Below are positions 36,108 to 49,713 of a stretch of DNA of 64,000 bases, one piece after another. The stretch is from Hydrolagus colliei (Eukaryota). Location: NCBI GenBank assembly GCA_035084275.1, contig CM068745.1, forward strand, positions 56,110,001 through 56,174,000, in the 5' to 3' direction. The translations under genes and the position numbers were made by a program. A model generated the notes under the pieces. The model saw only the letters and a program-made list of their open reading frames with translations, did not search any database and had not been told where the DNA came from. Position 1 is the first letter of the stretch. Each line of letters begins with the position of its first letter.

Positions 36108-37416
36108 TGAAGTCCATGAAGTGCATCCTCAGGGCTGTATTGAACCATCAGCTGTGTGTGTTCAAAGTATCAACATGGTGCTTCAAGCCAGCCTTTTGAT
36201 GTTTCAGAATATTGAAGAATGGTCTTTTGCTGATAACATTAAGAGATAGCAGTATAGTATATGAATTATAAATTATGGCAATTTTTTCTTGTGTTTTGCT
36301 TGTTGGTCTTCTAAAGGATTTTGGTTACTTTTGACTATGAATTTTACAACATATGAAATATCGCAAACCTGGAGTTCCAATCATTGTAGCAGCTTCCAAT
36401 ATTTTGTGGTCAACTTTTACAAACCAGAAGGTTTTGCAAGTGGCTTCCATATCCCTGCCTCCTTTCGTATAATGATATAATGGGTTAGTTATCTCAGAAG
36501 TACCATTCGAGTCTGTGTTTAAGAGCAAATTATATGAATGTGTGTGTTTTTCAATATGACACCAACAGATAGTTCTGCAGTAATACGAGTCATGTGCCAG
36601 TGATGTCATGACAAGGCTCATATTCATACAGAACTCGAGTAGATGATACAAAGACCTAGATAAAATATTAAGAATGCGGGAAAGCTAAATTTAATATTAA
36701 TACACATAAATAATCCTTGAATTTGATATAATTCTGTATGACATCAGCGAGATGTCTCAAAGCACGTCATAGAATATACTATAAGTGGTTTGGACTATGT
36801 TTTATGGGTGAAACATAATCAATTAGCAGGGTACCATGCCAGCTTATCTCTGATTTATTTTCTTGAGAAAGAAAGTGGATGGCACCAGATCTCCATCATT
36901 TATTTTTCTAATTTACCTTTAGCAACCTATTCAAAAACACTTTCCTATTCAATCCATTAGTTTTCATTTTTTCAAAACCAAAAAACATGTTTTGTTCTTT
37001 TCTTTCTTCGTCTCATACATTCTCATACCTTCTCATACATACATTCACATACATACACATGCATTCACACACACAAGCTTGCACACACACAGACATAAAG
37101 GACAGCACCTGCATCCATGAAGTGCATCCTCAGGGGCTGTATTGAACCATCAGCCGATTGTGTTCAAAGTATCAACATGGTGCTTCAAACCAGCCTTTTA
37201 CTCTGTGCCAAATGAGCCAGGTTGCCACATGTTTTCTGCTTGATGTTGTGAGTTTATTTCAATTGACTGGAAAAGTATTCACAAAGTGCTGGGAGGAAAT
37301 CTCAGGCCAGCTCATAGGCACTGCAATCTGTAATGTTTTTAATCAAATCATCTTACGAATGTTGCATTGATGTCTGAGTATTGAAGGAATTCTTTTCAAT
37401 AAAAAAGGCTTTTATG

Positions 37417-37929
37417 TAATAATCCTTGCATTTGATATAGTGCAAATATATTTTATATATTTTTAAAATATATATATATAAAATTTTATATATATATTAT
37501 ATATATCACATGTTTGAGACTTCTCAAAGGGCTTCATAGAATATCCTGTAAAGTGAATTAACTGTATATTTTGTGCATGAGATGCAGTAAGCAGTGTGCC
37601 TGTTCGTGGAAAAGGCAGCTTCCTTATTTTCAGCACAATTGTACAAATAAAAACTACAGAATATACTGTAAAGTGAATTCACTTTACAGTATATTTGTGG
37701 GCGAATCGCGGCAGCCAATTGCGCACAGCAGAGTCCCACAAACAGTCGTGGATTGAAATGACCAATTTTATTATTGTGTTTTTGGGGCGTGGATTATTAT
37801 TAGGCGTGTAGAGTAAGGAAACTTGCCCTAGGTTTCGTCCTGACCTGCCTGGATTCGAACACAGGTCTCCCCAGCTTGGTCTCCCAGCTTGTAAGACAAG
37901 TGCTCTAACCTCTAAGCCACAGGAGCTCC
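37417..37929 (-). mobile_element. SINE tail fragment with (TA)n plus a second SINE (37655-37929)
   Basis: Body, B box ggattcgaac and head ctctaagccacaggagctcc. Confidence 0.85.
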
Positions 37930-38619
37930 ACAGTGCACATACATGTGCACTGTGCAAATACGTGGGATTCATGACACAAGTGTTATTTTTTGTTTTCTTT
38001 TTCATTTATTTTCAAATTACAAACACTCCACATTACAGCATATCCTTTGAATCCTTCCCAACATGAAAGGCAATACTGTACATCAATTCTTAGGATTTTT
38101 TAAAAATATTTTCACAATAGAATCTAACTGATCCACACAGGTGAATACCAACATTTTACAAAAGCATCAAATAGTTTAAAATTAGTATTTAGAATATGAC
38201 CTCAGCAGTTTTAATGGTAGCATTCATCTACAACAACAACAAAATTACATTTGTATAGCACCTTTCATGTCAGGAGGATGCCCCAAGGCACTGGAATTAG
38301 TATGTGTTCAGTAATAGTATGTGCTCATAACTTTTGCATGATTCAATACACTGTTCTCAAAATCTAACATATGAAACATTACTTGAAATGTAATAAATAG
38401 CATCTGGGAAACAGCATGCTCACAAGAAATAGATCAGAAATAACCCTAAGTAACCAAATCAATACTTGAACAATTTGGTACAATCCTGAACAGTCAAAAC
38501 TGAAGTAAACTTTATCTGAAATAGCAAATTGAAAGTCAAACAGTTGCAGAGGGTGGTGGCTGAAGGCCCGACCACCTGTCCGCCAATGCTGGCGAGATGG
38601 GAAACATGATGCTTATAGC

Positions 38620-39700
38620 AATAAACAATCTTGCTAAACTTAAAAACAAAGTTATAGTATTATGTATTCACAGTTCTTAGAAAAGCAAAACAGCTGAACA
38701 TAGTGGAATTGATCATTCCATCCGCCATATGGCCGTATCTGTAAAATATTTGAATGATAACTTCTTCTTGAAGTATCCTGCTCTGACACATAATATAATA
38801 CTTTATTTCAAGTATTTTCATCAACATTCTAAACACCGGGACCCTAGGAATAATTACTTCAGAGAACCCATTGCTCACAGGTGTACACTTAGATTTACTA
38901 CTTTTCATCACAACTCTGTATTCCCTTTTGTTTATCCAATTAATAATCCAATTTATGGCTTAATTTTGGATGGCATGAGCTTTCACATGAACATTAGTCT
39001 CCTGTGAGTGACATTGTCAATTGCTTTCTGAAAGTCTGCACATAATTCCCATCATCTTACCCTCGTATATCTCAAAGAATTCCAATACTTCTGTTAGATA
39101 TTGCTTACCTCTCACTGACTTAGATATATTGCTTTTTCATTTGCCTGTATGCTGCTACTGTACAGCAGAATACAATGCTCTCCTTAATGGAAAGCTAATA
39201 TGTCTATAATTTCCAGGAACATATTTTGACGTTTTATTAAAAGACAGAAAACACAGTCACCTTTGTCTGGTTTCCTGGTGCCACAATATTGATTTTAAAG
39301 ATTGACCAAATGTCTTCCATTTTTCCTTATAAAGTATTTAGTATTCTCAAAAACATTCCATTTGGGCTTGATGCTTTGTGATCTTTAACAGGTCTCGTTT
39401 ACAGATCTTACGTCACACTAACTTCCCTTTATATTTCTCCCTCAATTATATCATAGCCAAAAATACATCAAATAATTGGTAATGTGAGTACACCATTTGC
39501 CTGTCAGTCAGAATTTTTTTTTCCGCTCCTATTTTTTCCCAACCACTGCTTTCCTTGAGGCATTTTTATTTTTTCTAGGAATAGAATTCTTGGAAGTGTT
39601 CAGTACTCTCAATTACATCTTCCAAGCAATCATACAAGATTGAACCTTAACAGCCAGCATTTGAAGGCTGTCTCCACTCACAACTGGAAACCAACCACAA
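38620..39700 (-). mobile_element. Highly degraded CR1-like RT region
   Basis: tgctttctgaaagtctgcacata (Y.DF.KA.D), gggaccctaggaa..cagagaacccattgctcacagg (PV.SG.PQGS.LGP-like) and atctgtaaaat (FADD-like). Confidence 0.55.
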
Positions 39701-42003
39701 ACCTGACCATATCTTTAATTAATATCCCACCAATGCACTTTCAGCATAAATCACAATAAACCAAGAAGCAGAAACCTTGGCTGATTTCTTCTTTCTAGTG
39801 TAGAGATGCCAAGGCAGTGATTACTACAGGATAGACCGGGAATAAAATATGTGACTTTCTCAACTCAAAGATTACATATGTACAACAACAGTTCACAATA
39901 ATGTTCGTGGCACTTTTCAAGTGGAAAGTCTCAAAACGCTGTATAGAGTTGGAGTGAGTCAAACTAGATGAGGATACTGGGGTAGGAGGAAGGTGGCTGA
40001 AGATAAAGATTTTTGTGAAAGCAGAGAACAAAAAAATCTGGAGGGAGGAAAAGAGATCCAGAGAGTGGGAGCTCTGTTCGGATTTAAGGAAGTCAAAACT
40101 CTTTTCTGATCGCATTTGCTCCCTTGCTCACTTCTTGGTCTCCCAGAACCATCCATTGACAAATAACCAACATTTTCTTCAATTTCCGTTTGTGTTGCTC
40201 TGAAACCAACCCCTAAGGGAGGATTGTGATTCTCTTTAATGAATTGAAAATCATTAACTGTTTGTTCATGGGGGAGGTACTACTAGTATTCCATGGCAAG
40301 AGAGATGATTAGCAACATACAAATAGCCAAGTTCAGAGGAGTGAGTGGATAGCTTCAGAAGTGGTTTAGTGAAAATCTGAGGCGCTACCAGAAAACAATG
40401 GAAGCGAGCATTCATTTACAATGTAGTCCATAATTTCAACAAGTATCCACAGTCACATTGTGAGGTGTATCTCACCTTCCAGAAGTGTACAAAATGACTC
40501 CATCTACCAATGCAATGTTCTGAAACAGTTCAGTTCATTATTGGGTTGGTTAGAGCTGGGAAGTTTCTTTGCAATCGGGTGTTTAGTTTGGGACATTAGC
40601 ATTATCCCAGAACCCTTTCTAGTGTATCATGGGTTTGAGCAAAGACACTTTAAAAGCATTATGAGCATTGGGGAAAATAATATATTGTTACTGTACATCA
40701 ATTCTCAGATGAGCACTGAAGTTGGGATGGATGGAGGTGCTGCATTCAGCCTCATGCATTCATGTCTGGTTTCTGCAATCTTTGAAAATTGAGCAGGGGA
40801 ATAAAATGAGCGCTACATTCATCATCTTCAATCCTTTGCGGATTGGCACTCTGTCAATTTTTAAAAAATATTCAAGAATGTTTCACCTTAATTGCTTGAT
40901 TTTAAGAACTGCGAGATACTAGATAGGTCTTGCCAATATAATTTGTGTGAGCCGAACCCTAATGCCTTCCTATATATAACCATTCATATCAAGATCTTAC
41001 ATTAGTAATTTGTCAAATTATGTTATAAAATGTTGTGTTTTCCTAAACAATGCTCCTAATTTGTGGGTGCCTATCAAACTCTTTAGGTTCCAAATAACTG
41101 ATTATACCGTATTGGTTGAAGCTTATTTTATTGTTACTTATGCGAATACACTATAAGACATTACAAACATAAACAGTACAATACTACCAGGCAACTGTTG
41201 TCTTTGGGTCTTCCTCGCCCTGACAAACGTTCTGGAGAGGGCTCTAACATTCACTACAAAAGATCCATGTCTTATACCCTTTTGCACCTCCTCAATTGGG
41301 GTTGTTATTCCTGTTCTCACATCCGTACCTCATCATAACTGAGATGCCGTCCGGCGTGGAGGGCGTTATATAACTCAAAGTTGTTGTTGTTGTTGTTGTA
41401 ACTAACTCAGCCAATTGATCACTTGGGCATTATCCAGAAGGGATGTCAAGAAATAGACAATCTGAAGGCCAGAGTTGTCGGGAGTTGTTATTCAACTCCT
41501 CCCATTATCTTATCCACCTCAGCTTGTACTGGTCCCAATGTACTCTCTTGCTTTCTTTTCATCCAAAAATCCACAATCCATCAAGGCCACTTTAAACTGA
41601 ACTAAAGCTAAAGTAATTACTGACATTCTCTCATCAGTTAGCAATTTGGGGAGTGTGTACAGTAAGGGAGAATACCTGCAGAAACTTGACTGTTAATTGT
41701 GTGTGAGTGTGTGTGTGTACACATACGCACAACTACCTACATGATTGTCTTAATAATCATATTCCTTACTTCTTATAAAGCTAATATTTTTTCTAATATG
41801 TTGCAAAGCATCTATCACAACACTATCGAAACTGATTCACAAACGAACTAGATTTATTGCAATCATACCACTGCACTATTATTGTGTTATTGATGCACCA
41901 AGGTCAGTATATTGAATAGTTTTAATTCTCTTCTAAAGTGTTAGCACTGTGAAATTTATGATGCTGATCACTGACAATTCCTAGTGCAGCATCCAATATT
42001 GTA

Positions 42004-42293
42004 CAGTAAAACCTTGTTTATCCAGTACCCAACCAACATACTCAACCAATTGTATTGGGAGATCCGGGACACTCACAGTATGTTCACTTTGCGCATGAGT
42101 GCAATGCTTTTTTACCGATCATTTTACCAAGTGTGCTGGAATGCTTTATTAGTAAGTATCCATACAATATTCTGTTATTATTTAGTCTATTATTAATATG
42201 GTGGTTTTAAATTTTGTGTAGAATTTTCGGCAACTATTTAATTAACCAGCACCGGGCAGGTCCCGAGGGTGCCAGATAACGAAGGTTTTACTG
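42004..42293. mobile_element. Tigger-like MITE related to 26852-27074
   Basis: TA-flanked TIRs CAGTAAAACCTTGTTTATC and GATAACGAAGGTTTTACTG; shares the subterminal caggtccc.agggtgccagataa. Confidence 0.85.
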
Positions 42294-44929
42294 TAGTTGG
42301 AAAATAAATATTCACGATTAACTTCTTATTTTGTTTGTTTTTTTAAATCAGGACATGATGAGAAGCCATAACAATGCTTTCTAAAGACAAAGGCCAACAC
42401 ACTAAGAGTATTATGAATGATTTCTTATCAAAGGCTCAGCAATGGACAAGAGGATCAAGTCAGCACTTGTAGCACTAAGCACAAGGTCACACCTTTAAGC
42501 GTATTTCAGCAGACAGCAGCTGTGGCACTATAATTGGCCTTAGCATCCCTTGGCTGGGGAGAGAGAAATTAATAAGGGACTCTAATCATTAATCAGTGAC
42601 TTTTTTGAAAAGTTTGAACACATCAATTTTGGATGAGAGCAAGACCAGAATTGGTTGCAAAGACACCTAGAGTCAATCAGACGCCCAACACTCACTGTCC
42701 AAATTCATGTGCAAAGAGTAATTTTTCAGGTTAAGTATCATCAGGTTAAGGCATTGCTACTTGTGACTCCATATAACAGCAAGAGTGAGAACTACTAGAG
42801 TAGACATAGTAATAATCCACCTATGGTGTAGATTTCCGTCCTATTTTTACTTCCTATAAGTAGAAATATATATTAGTCTAAAATGAACTTCATTCCCCCT
42901 ATCCACCCACCCCTCCCATCCACCCCTACACAAACACACAATTTTAAACCACCTCCCATAATGACTGTGCTCTGATTTCTGCCCTTTAATTTTTGGGGGT
43001 CAGTCAAGTGTCTGACATACCTGGAAAGTGTCAAAACACTTTAGGAAGTCTAGGAACAATGCTTAATATGGGTTCCTAAATATAAGCCTTGCTACCTCCT
43101 ATTTACCTGTATTGGGTCATCTATCATCATCCATTTGTCATTTTCATATTTCTGCTTGAAATCTGAAACAGGAATTAAAAAATTATACTGAATAAAATAA
43201 TTCAGAAAGATGCTTTTATACATTTTGGTAAAAAAAACAGACTCGAGCAATACACACCTTTGAGCCGTATGTGAAGTCTGTGTTGTCAAGGTCTGCTGTT
43301 GTAGAAACTAGTGTTGCATAAATGGCATCAGGTTTTAGGGGGAAGGAACGCTGAGCGGTTCTACTTGCACAGCTTGTTGAAAACATAATGATGATTGTAC
43401 AATATGATTTTCTAGTTAGACAAAGCCCAAGTAAAATAAATCCTACCTGGGTCAAGGTTTTACATTTCTCTGAATGTCCCCTTGTAGCTTACATTGTGTT
43501 ATTTTATTCACACTTTATTGTGCAATCTAAAAATATGAATGGCAATACGGGAATAAAAGAAGGTAATTTAATACGAGCTTCTCACAGCGTCCATTAAGCC
43601 ACTTGAGCCTCAACCAATTGCTTATGATGTTTGAATCTTTGGATTAAATTCTAACCTATTGTTCAACCCCAACTGAAAATAATCTCTCAAATAGCTCCAA
43701 ATAATTTATAAACAATTTGAAAAAGTATTATTATAATTGAATCCGCACTTCAAAAAATATACATTTTATTACAGCTGGTTGTTAATGTTGTTTTTAAAAC
43801 TTTCCCAAATTATTGCACATTGCTGCCAACTTTCAAAGATAAGTACATCATACATTATAGTGCACAGGGCTGCCTGGAATGCCCTGGGAACATGGCTTAG
43901 ACACCACATTGATTTGGACTACTATTGTAAAACCAAAAGCACAGCAAATCAATGCGAGCAATGCTTAGAGATAGTCCCTCGAACATTTTGAATTGTACAA
44001 TGAACATACCAAAAGGTTTTAATGGAGTAATTGTTAAATTATTATTGTAATTGTTATTAAAATACTCGCTTGCACATAACTCTCCTCAGTTTTGGTCAAT
44101 ACAATTAAAATATGTATAAATCAGAGTTGCACTTCTGAAAGTGATATTGCTTTGCTTCCAGCAGCATAAACAGGGCATAATTATCATTCTTTTCTCCAGA
44201 ACTGTTTTTACTTCAAGCAGAACCCATAGACAGCCAATGTAGACTAAGGATTTAATCAATTATGGTGCCTATAGTGTTTCTTCATAATAAATTGTCAGAA
44301 TGGGAGAATAATTGAATAGAACAACTTGGAGGTGATTTCACTTTGCATGACATTCTCTATTTGTCAGATATGTTCCTTCATTTCAATATGTTGTTTTACT
44401 TGAAGATCTTTTCCATTCATTTACTGAGAAATAGGAGTCACGTCAATCAAATCTGACGAACCACAAATGCTGCCATATTTGTTATAACATTAGTATTTAT
44501 CACAGAGATATTATAAACAGTAAAAATAACACCAATTATGTACCATATTTCAGTTTTGCATAATTCTAAAATACAAGTACTGTAATTATATTTTTCTGCT
44601 AAAATGAATAGGATTCCACTGCAGATTGAATGCTGTTTGAAATATAAATGAATGAATGGAAGACAACAACAAACAACAAAATTACGTTTATAGAGCACCT
44701 TTCAGGTCAGGAGGACATGAAATGTATATTCTCCAAGAACTATAAACTGGATTCTAAAATCACCTTTTTCACTCACCTTCTCTATAAATCTACTTTTCAT
44801 CTGAAAATTCAATCATATTTCCACAGATTTATCATCTTGTTAATAACATCAGGATGTTTTGAAAGAGAAGAAGTGCATCAGTTGTTCAAGTCCATTCTTC
44901 ATTTGACAGAATATCTTTGTTTCTGCGCA

Positions 44930-45350
44930 CTGCATCTCCAAGGTGTCAAGATGCTTATGGATTCAAGCTCCACATCGGGACTTGGAACACATTTAATCTA
45001 GGCTGACATTCTAGTGCAGTGCTGGTGGGTGTTGTACATTTACAGATGTCAACTTTTGCCTGAAATGTTAAACTGAGGACCCATCCATCTGCCTGTTCAG
45101 GTCAGTGTTAAAGTTCCCATGGCACTATTCAAAAAGAGGGAGTTTCTCTCAGTGTCCTGGCCAACAATGCCCCAAATTAAAAATGGTCATTCATGGTTGT
45201 TTATGGAACATTCCTGTGTGTTACTGGGTTGCCATTTTCACCTAAAAATAGATAGTTGCTACATATTACAGTAAATGTTGTGAAGGGCTTTGGGTCAACC
45301 CTTCTAACATGAAGAGCACAAAACTAAATGAGTTTTATTATTGTTGTTGT
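44930..45350 (+). mobile_element. Near full-length Deu-domain SINE, degraded
   Basis: ggattcaagctccac..gggacttg..atctaggctgacattctagtgcagt..cccatggcactattcaaaaagagggagtttctctcagtgtcctggccaaca plus L2-type tail. Confidence 0.75.
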
Positions 45351-45380
45351 TATTTATATGTATAATTATATAATAATTGT

Positions 45381-45700
45381 GCAGTCCTGTAGCTCAGTGG
45401 TTAGAGCACTCGCCTTTAAAACGTGAGACCCATGTGTGAAATCCAAACAGGTCAGGGCGAAACGTTGGGCAAGTTTCCTTACCCCACACGCCTAATAATA
45501 ATCCATCAAACAAAAACTATACTGTAATAGATTGGTCAGTTCAATCCATGACTGTTTATGGGATACTGCTAGGCACATCTAGCTGCCACATTTCGACCAC
45601 AGATATGCAGTCAATTCACCTTACTGTATATTCTGTGAAGTGCTTTGAGATGTCTAAAAGACGTGAAAAGCACTATATCAAATGCAAGGATTATTATTAT
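45381..45700 (+). mobile_element. Full-length tRNA-SINE
   Basis: gtcctgtagctcagtggttagagcactcgcc head; tail aagacgtgaaaagcactatatcaaatgcaaggattattatt. Confidence 0.92.
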
Positions 45701-46059
45701 CATCATCATCTCCCTCCAAGCTCAGGCCCCCATTCCATTCTCCATATGTGAAAGGTCCTATACAAGTGCAAATCGTAGTTGTTGTGCTCTCCCAACACTC
45801 AGCAACCAGAATTTTGACTTCAGTACAGTATATCAGTACACTCAAATTAGCAAACAACTCCATTTAGAAGAAATACCTTTTCAACTTTAAGGCAGCAAGA
45901 TTAGACAATTGCTCATCTACATATAAGACAGAGGAAAATGGATTCGAGCGGAACCAAGGTACATGGTGTATTTCCTTACGCAATTAACAACAACTGCTGA
46001 TTTAAACCAGAGAATATTTTTGTCGTACTAGGATAGGGTGAGAATTGTTATTGATTGAC

Positions 46060-46372
46060 TGTAGCATGGAGTTCCAGAGGGTGAGGTCAATGTGGCTGAA
46101 GGCCCACCTGCCAATGCTGGAGTGGGGAAGCGGAGAAGGTGAAGTAGGTCGGAGCCTGCTGAGCAGAGGGAGCAGGCAAGTTGGCAGGGGAGGTCAGAGG
46201 TAGGGGAAGCAAGGCTATGGGGGGCTTTGAAGGTGAGGACCAGGATCTTGAACTGAACCATTTATGTGATGGGAAGCCAGTGGAGTCTTGCGGTGATGGG
46301 GATGATAGGGTCACGGAGCTTGGTGCTGGAGAGAACACAGGCTACTGAGTTCTGGATGATCTGCAGCTTTTG
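46060..46372 (-). mobile_element. L2 fragment
   Basis: KLQIIQNSVACVLSSTKLRDPI and QFKILVLTFKA. Confidence 0.85.
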
Positions 46373-46392
46373 ACAAGTTAAGACATGTACAT

Positions 46393-47020
46393 ACAACATC
46401 AACAACAATATAATTGCACTTGCATAGCGCCTTTCATGTCGGGAGGATGTCCCAAAGCACTGAACAGTCAGGTCGGGATCCGAGCGGGAGTGGGGTGGTG
46501 GGGGGAATGGTAGGGGGAAGGGGAAGGAGAGTGAGAGAAGGGGAAGAGTTAGTGGGGCAGCCGAATGCACGGTCGAAGAGGAAGGTCTTGAGACTGGCCT
46601 TAAAGGAGGAAAGGGAGGAAGCAAGGCGGAGGTGCTACGGGATGCTGTTCGATAGTGTAGGGGCAGAGAGGCTGAAAGCTCGGCCACCGATGATTGGGCG
46701 GTTAGGGCAGCGGACGCGGAGCAGGTCTGAGTCTGCTGAAGGGCAGGTTGATAGGGAGACAGCAGGTCAGAGAGATAGGCGGGGGCAAGGCTGTGAATGG
46801 CCTTGAAAGTGAGGACAAGGATCTTGAATTCGATCCTCTGGGGGATGGGGAGCCAGAGGAGACGGGCGAGGGTGGGAGTGACGTGGTCGCAAAGCCTGGT
46901 ACGGGAGAGTACATGAGCTGCAGAATTCTGAATGATCTGCAGCCTGTGAAGGGAAGAGCTGGGGAGGCCAACGAGGAGAGAGTTCTTATGGTCGAGCCTG
47001 GAAGTGATAAAGGCTTCCAA
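46393..47020 (-). mobile_element. L2 3' region
   Basis: AFITSRLDH.NSLLVGLP..QRIEFKILVLTFKA; L2 tail. Confidence 0.92.
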
Positions 47021-47085
47021 GCCTTAATGTGCATAGAGCACATTATGGATATTGGTGGGAAGCCAATATAGATAGAGAACCAGGT

Positions 47086-47402
47086 GGAGTCCTGTATCTC
47101 AGTGGTTAAAGCACTCTCTTTAGAAATGTGAGACCTGTGTTCGAATCCAGGCAGGTCAGGGCGAAATCTTGGGCAAGTTTCCTTATTCCATTCGCCTAAT
47201 AATGATCCCTCCAAATAAAAACACAATAATAACATTGGTCATTTCAATCCACGACTGTTTGTGGGACAGTGCTGTATGCAATTGGCTAGCTTATTTCGCC
47301 CACAAATATACAGTCAATTCACTTTACAGTATATTCTGTGAAGCAATTTGAGACGTGTAGAAGACGTGAAAAGCTCTACATCAAATGCAAGGATTATTAT
47401 TA
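47086..47402 (+). mobile_element. Full-length tRNA-SINE
   Basis: A box, B box gttcgaatcc, body and tail are intact. Confidence 0.92.
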
Positions 47403-47957
47403 GACTGTTATGTTACGCTAATGTCCAAATGACTAGTTATTTTGATAAGCAATTGAACACAATCTAGAAGTCCATACATGTGAGAACAGAAAAACAATAC
47501 TTGCTTTCCTGGAGCACTTCATCATACCTCAGCTCTCCTCAGGGGTTCATAGGTGTCGATACCAATTATTTATTTGTTTGGAAATTTGCAAATGGAGAGT
47601 ATACTTTAGTTTCTTTGAACAATGGGATCTGTATTTGGAGAGAAAATGGTACTAAAAAAAAGAAAGCAAACGGTTTGCATTTAAATGAGAAATGCATTTA
47701 AACAAATCAAAAATAGACACTGAAAATGACCTAAAGTGGGCACAGAGGAAATTAAAGTGAACAGTTAAGACATAAACAAAAGCCAAACTGTAGGTATTGG
47801 AAGTATCCTCCTGACATTGGCTTACAACTCTGCGCAATATTACATTAAAGTGTCATAAAGCAATTTTATGTGAACGGAATGAGCAATGTAAAGCAAGCAG
47901 TTATGTGAATAGCATTTAAAACTTTTCTATGAAGCGTACTAAGATGTTGGAAAAGTT

Positions 47958-48148
47958 CTGCCTCGCTCCCTCCCTAGCCTCCTTCACAACCTTCCTCTTT
48001 GGCCATGCCTTTCGTGACCTTCCTTCCAGCCTGCCCTCCGCCCTCCCCGATCCCAGCCCCCAGCTCATGTCTGAAACGCTATCCGTCCAGCACCTTGGGA
48101 TGTCCTCCTGACGGGAAAGGCGTTATACAAATACAATTTTGTATTGTA
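47958..48148 (+). mobile_element. L2 3' end
   Basis: cagcaccttgggatgtcctcctgacgggaaaggcgttatacaaat tail. Confidence 0.8.
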
Positions 48149-48779
48149 TAAAACTGTTTCAATCCATACATACCAGGAGCATAATATACAGAGTTGGAGC
48201 ATGCATCTTAGGTTCACATTAGCGGAAAACAATAAATATTTTCCACAGCAAAATGCACTTTCTTACATGAATCATTCCTGTCCTAAAAGGTACAGTCAGA
48301 ATTTGGATCGTCTCATTCCAAACACTTCCATACATAGAGCTCCTACACTTCACATTCAGCACCTCAAAGACAAACTTAAGGCCCACGCAGCAAAAATAAT
48401 AACCGAGTTCAGCCTTGCCAGTCTATTCAACCACCTTCTCAATACTGTACAGACTGGTTACATTACTGAACTCGGGATTTATTTTTGTTTGGGCTATTTT
48501 TGTTTGGATTCAAAATACAGAGGTACCTCTGAACCGCTGCGTACAATAAGATAGCAGTCACATGTCAAGGAATATAACAGTATAACCTGTTTAAATACAA
48601 CAAGGCTGTGGTCCAGTGTGGGTTCCCTGTACCTGGCAACGCATGGGTTCCTGATGATGGAGGAGAAAAGTGAAAGGATATGTGACTAGAACATACAGTG
48701 ATGGGGAGGAGGGGGGGGACTAGACCAACCGGTTGCTTTTTTGAAGAAAGAAAAAAAGCACTTGTAGAGATCATCAGTT

Positions 48780-49029
48780 CTCCTCCTGGCTGGTGTGAGG
48801 AGGAGTTGTTATTGACAAGTCACCCTCCCACCAGCAGCAGTAAAAACCCATAATGGGCGAGATTCAGCCGCAAGCGTTGGAGGCGTCAGGCACGTTGGCA
48901 GAAAGTTGGCTCATTCGTGAGAAGCCCTGAGCGAAAGGTGAGTGAGATCCTTCTGAGCCGGGAGAGGAGGCGTGGCGCAGAGAGACTGCGTGAGCCGTTC
49001 CCACTCCTAAACCCACAGCTACTGTACTG

Positions 49030-49064
<35 letters not shown>

Positions 49065-49126
49065 CTGGGACTGAACTCAACCTACAACACAACTCCAAAG
49101 CTCCCTTCTCTCCAAGCCAGCCAAGC
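48780..49126 (+). promoter_or_regulatory. Probable PCDH20 promoter/5'UTR
   Basis: Locally CpG-containing, non-repetitive sequence with a (GA)n tract directly upstream of exon 1. The TSS cannot be determined from sequence. Confidence 0.5.
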
Positions 49127-49159
49127 ATGGAGCAGGGCAGCGACCATCCCAAACTCCAG
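49127..49159 (+). CDS. PCDH20: Protocadherin-20, coding exon 1 (MEQGSDHPKLQ), phase-0 donor
   Basis: ATG in good Kozak context (AGCATGG) followed by 11 codons ending CAG|GTAAGA. Splicing to the acceptor at 50114 keeps the frame of the long cadherin ORF. Mammalian PCDH20 also has a short first coding exon plus one large exon. Confidence 0.75.
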
Positions 49160-49269
49160 GTAAGAGTTGGTTCTGTGGCCAGCCCGGTGTCTGTCTGTCT
49201 GTCTGACACATCCTGAAAGCCAAGAGGAAGAAAACATGTTCGTTTTTTGGGGATATGACTGTAATTGCT

Positions 49270-49339
49270 CGCTGTGTGTCTGTCGGTGTCTCTGTGTGTG
49301 TCTGTCTGTCTGTGTCTCTGTGTGTGTCTGTCTGTCTGT
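49270..49339. repeat. (TG/TC)n microsatellite bordering the gap
   Basis: tgtgtctgtc-type repeats run into the Ns. Confidence 0.9.
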
Positions 49340-49713
49340 NNNNNNNNNNNNNNNNNNNNNNNNNNNNNNNNNNNNNNNNNNNNNNNNNNNNNNNNNNNNN
49401 NNNNNNNNNNNNNNNNNNNNNNNNNNNNNNNNNNNNNNNNNNNNNNNNNNNNNNNNNNNNNNNNNNNNNNNNNNNNNNNNNNNNNNNNNNNNNNNNNNNN
49501 NNNNNNNNNNNNNNNNNNNNNNNNNNNNNNNNNNNNNNNNNNNNNNNNNNNNNNNNNNNNNNNNNNNNNNNNNNNNNNNNNNNNNNNNNNNNNNNNNNNN
49601 NNNNNNNNNNNNNNNNNNNNNNNNNNNNNNNNNNNNNNNNNNNNNNNNNNNNNNNNNNNNNNNNNNNNNNNNNNNNNNNNNNNNNNNNNNNNNNNNNNNN
49701 NNNNNNNNNNNNN
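49340..49713. other. Assembly gap in PCDH20 intron 1
   Basis: Run of N. Confidence 1.

Noticed and set aside
42490-42760. Possible ancient SINE-like repeat
   Set aside because: Only a vague resemblance to recalled shark repeats; no second copy or boundaries in the window.
45381-45455. tRNA-like sequences here and at 2064, 5632, 17169, 47086 and 62270
   Set aside because: Each continues into the same SINE body and tail, so they are SINE heads rather than tRNA genes.
860-48774. Numerous 60-150 aa ORFs in intergenic DNA
   Set aside because: Low-complexity or TE-derived, often with non-ATG starts, and no host protein similarity that I recognise.
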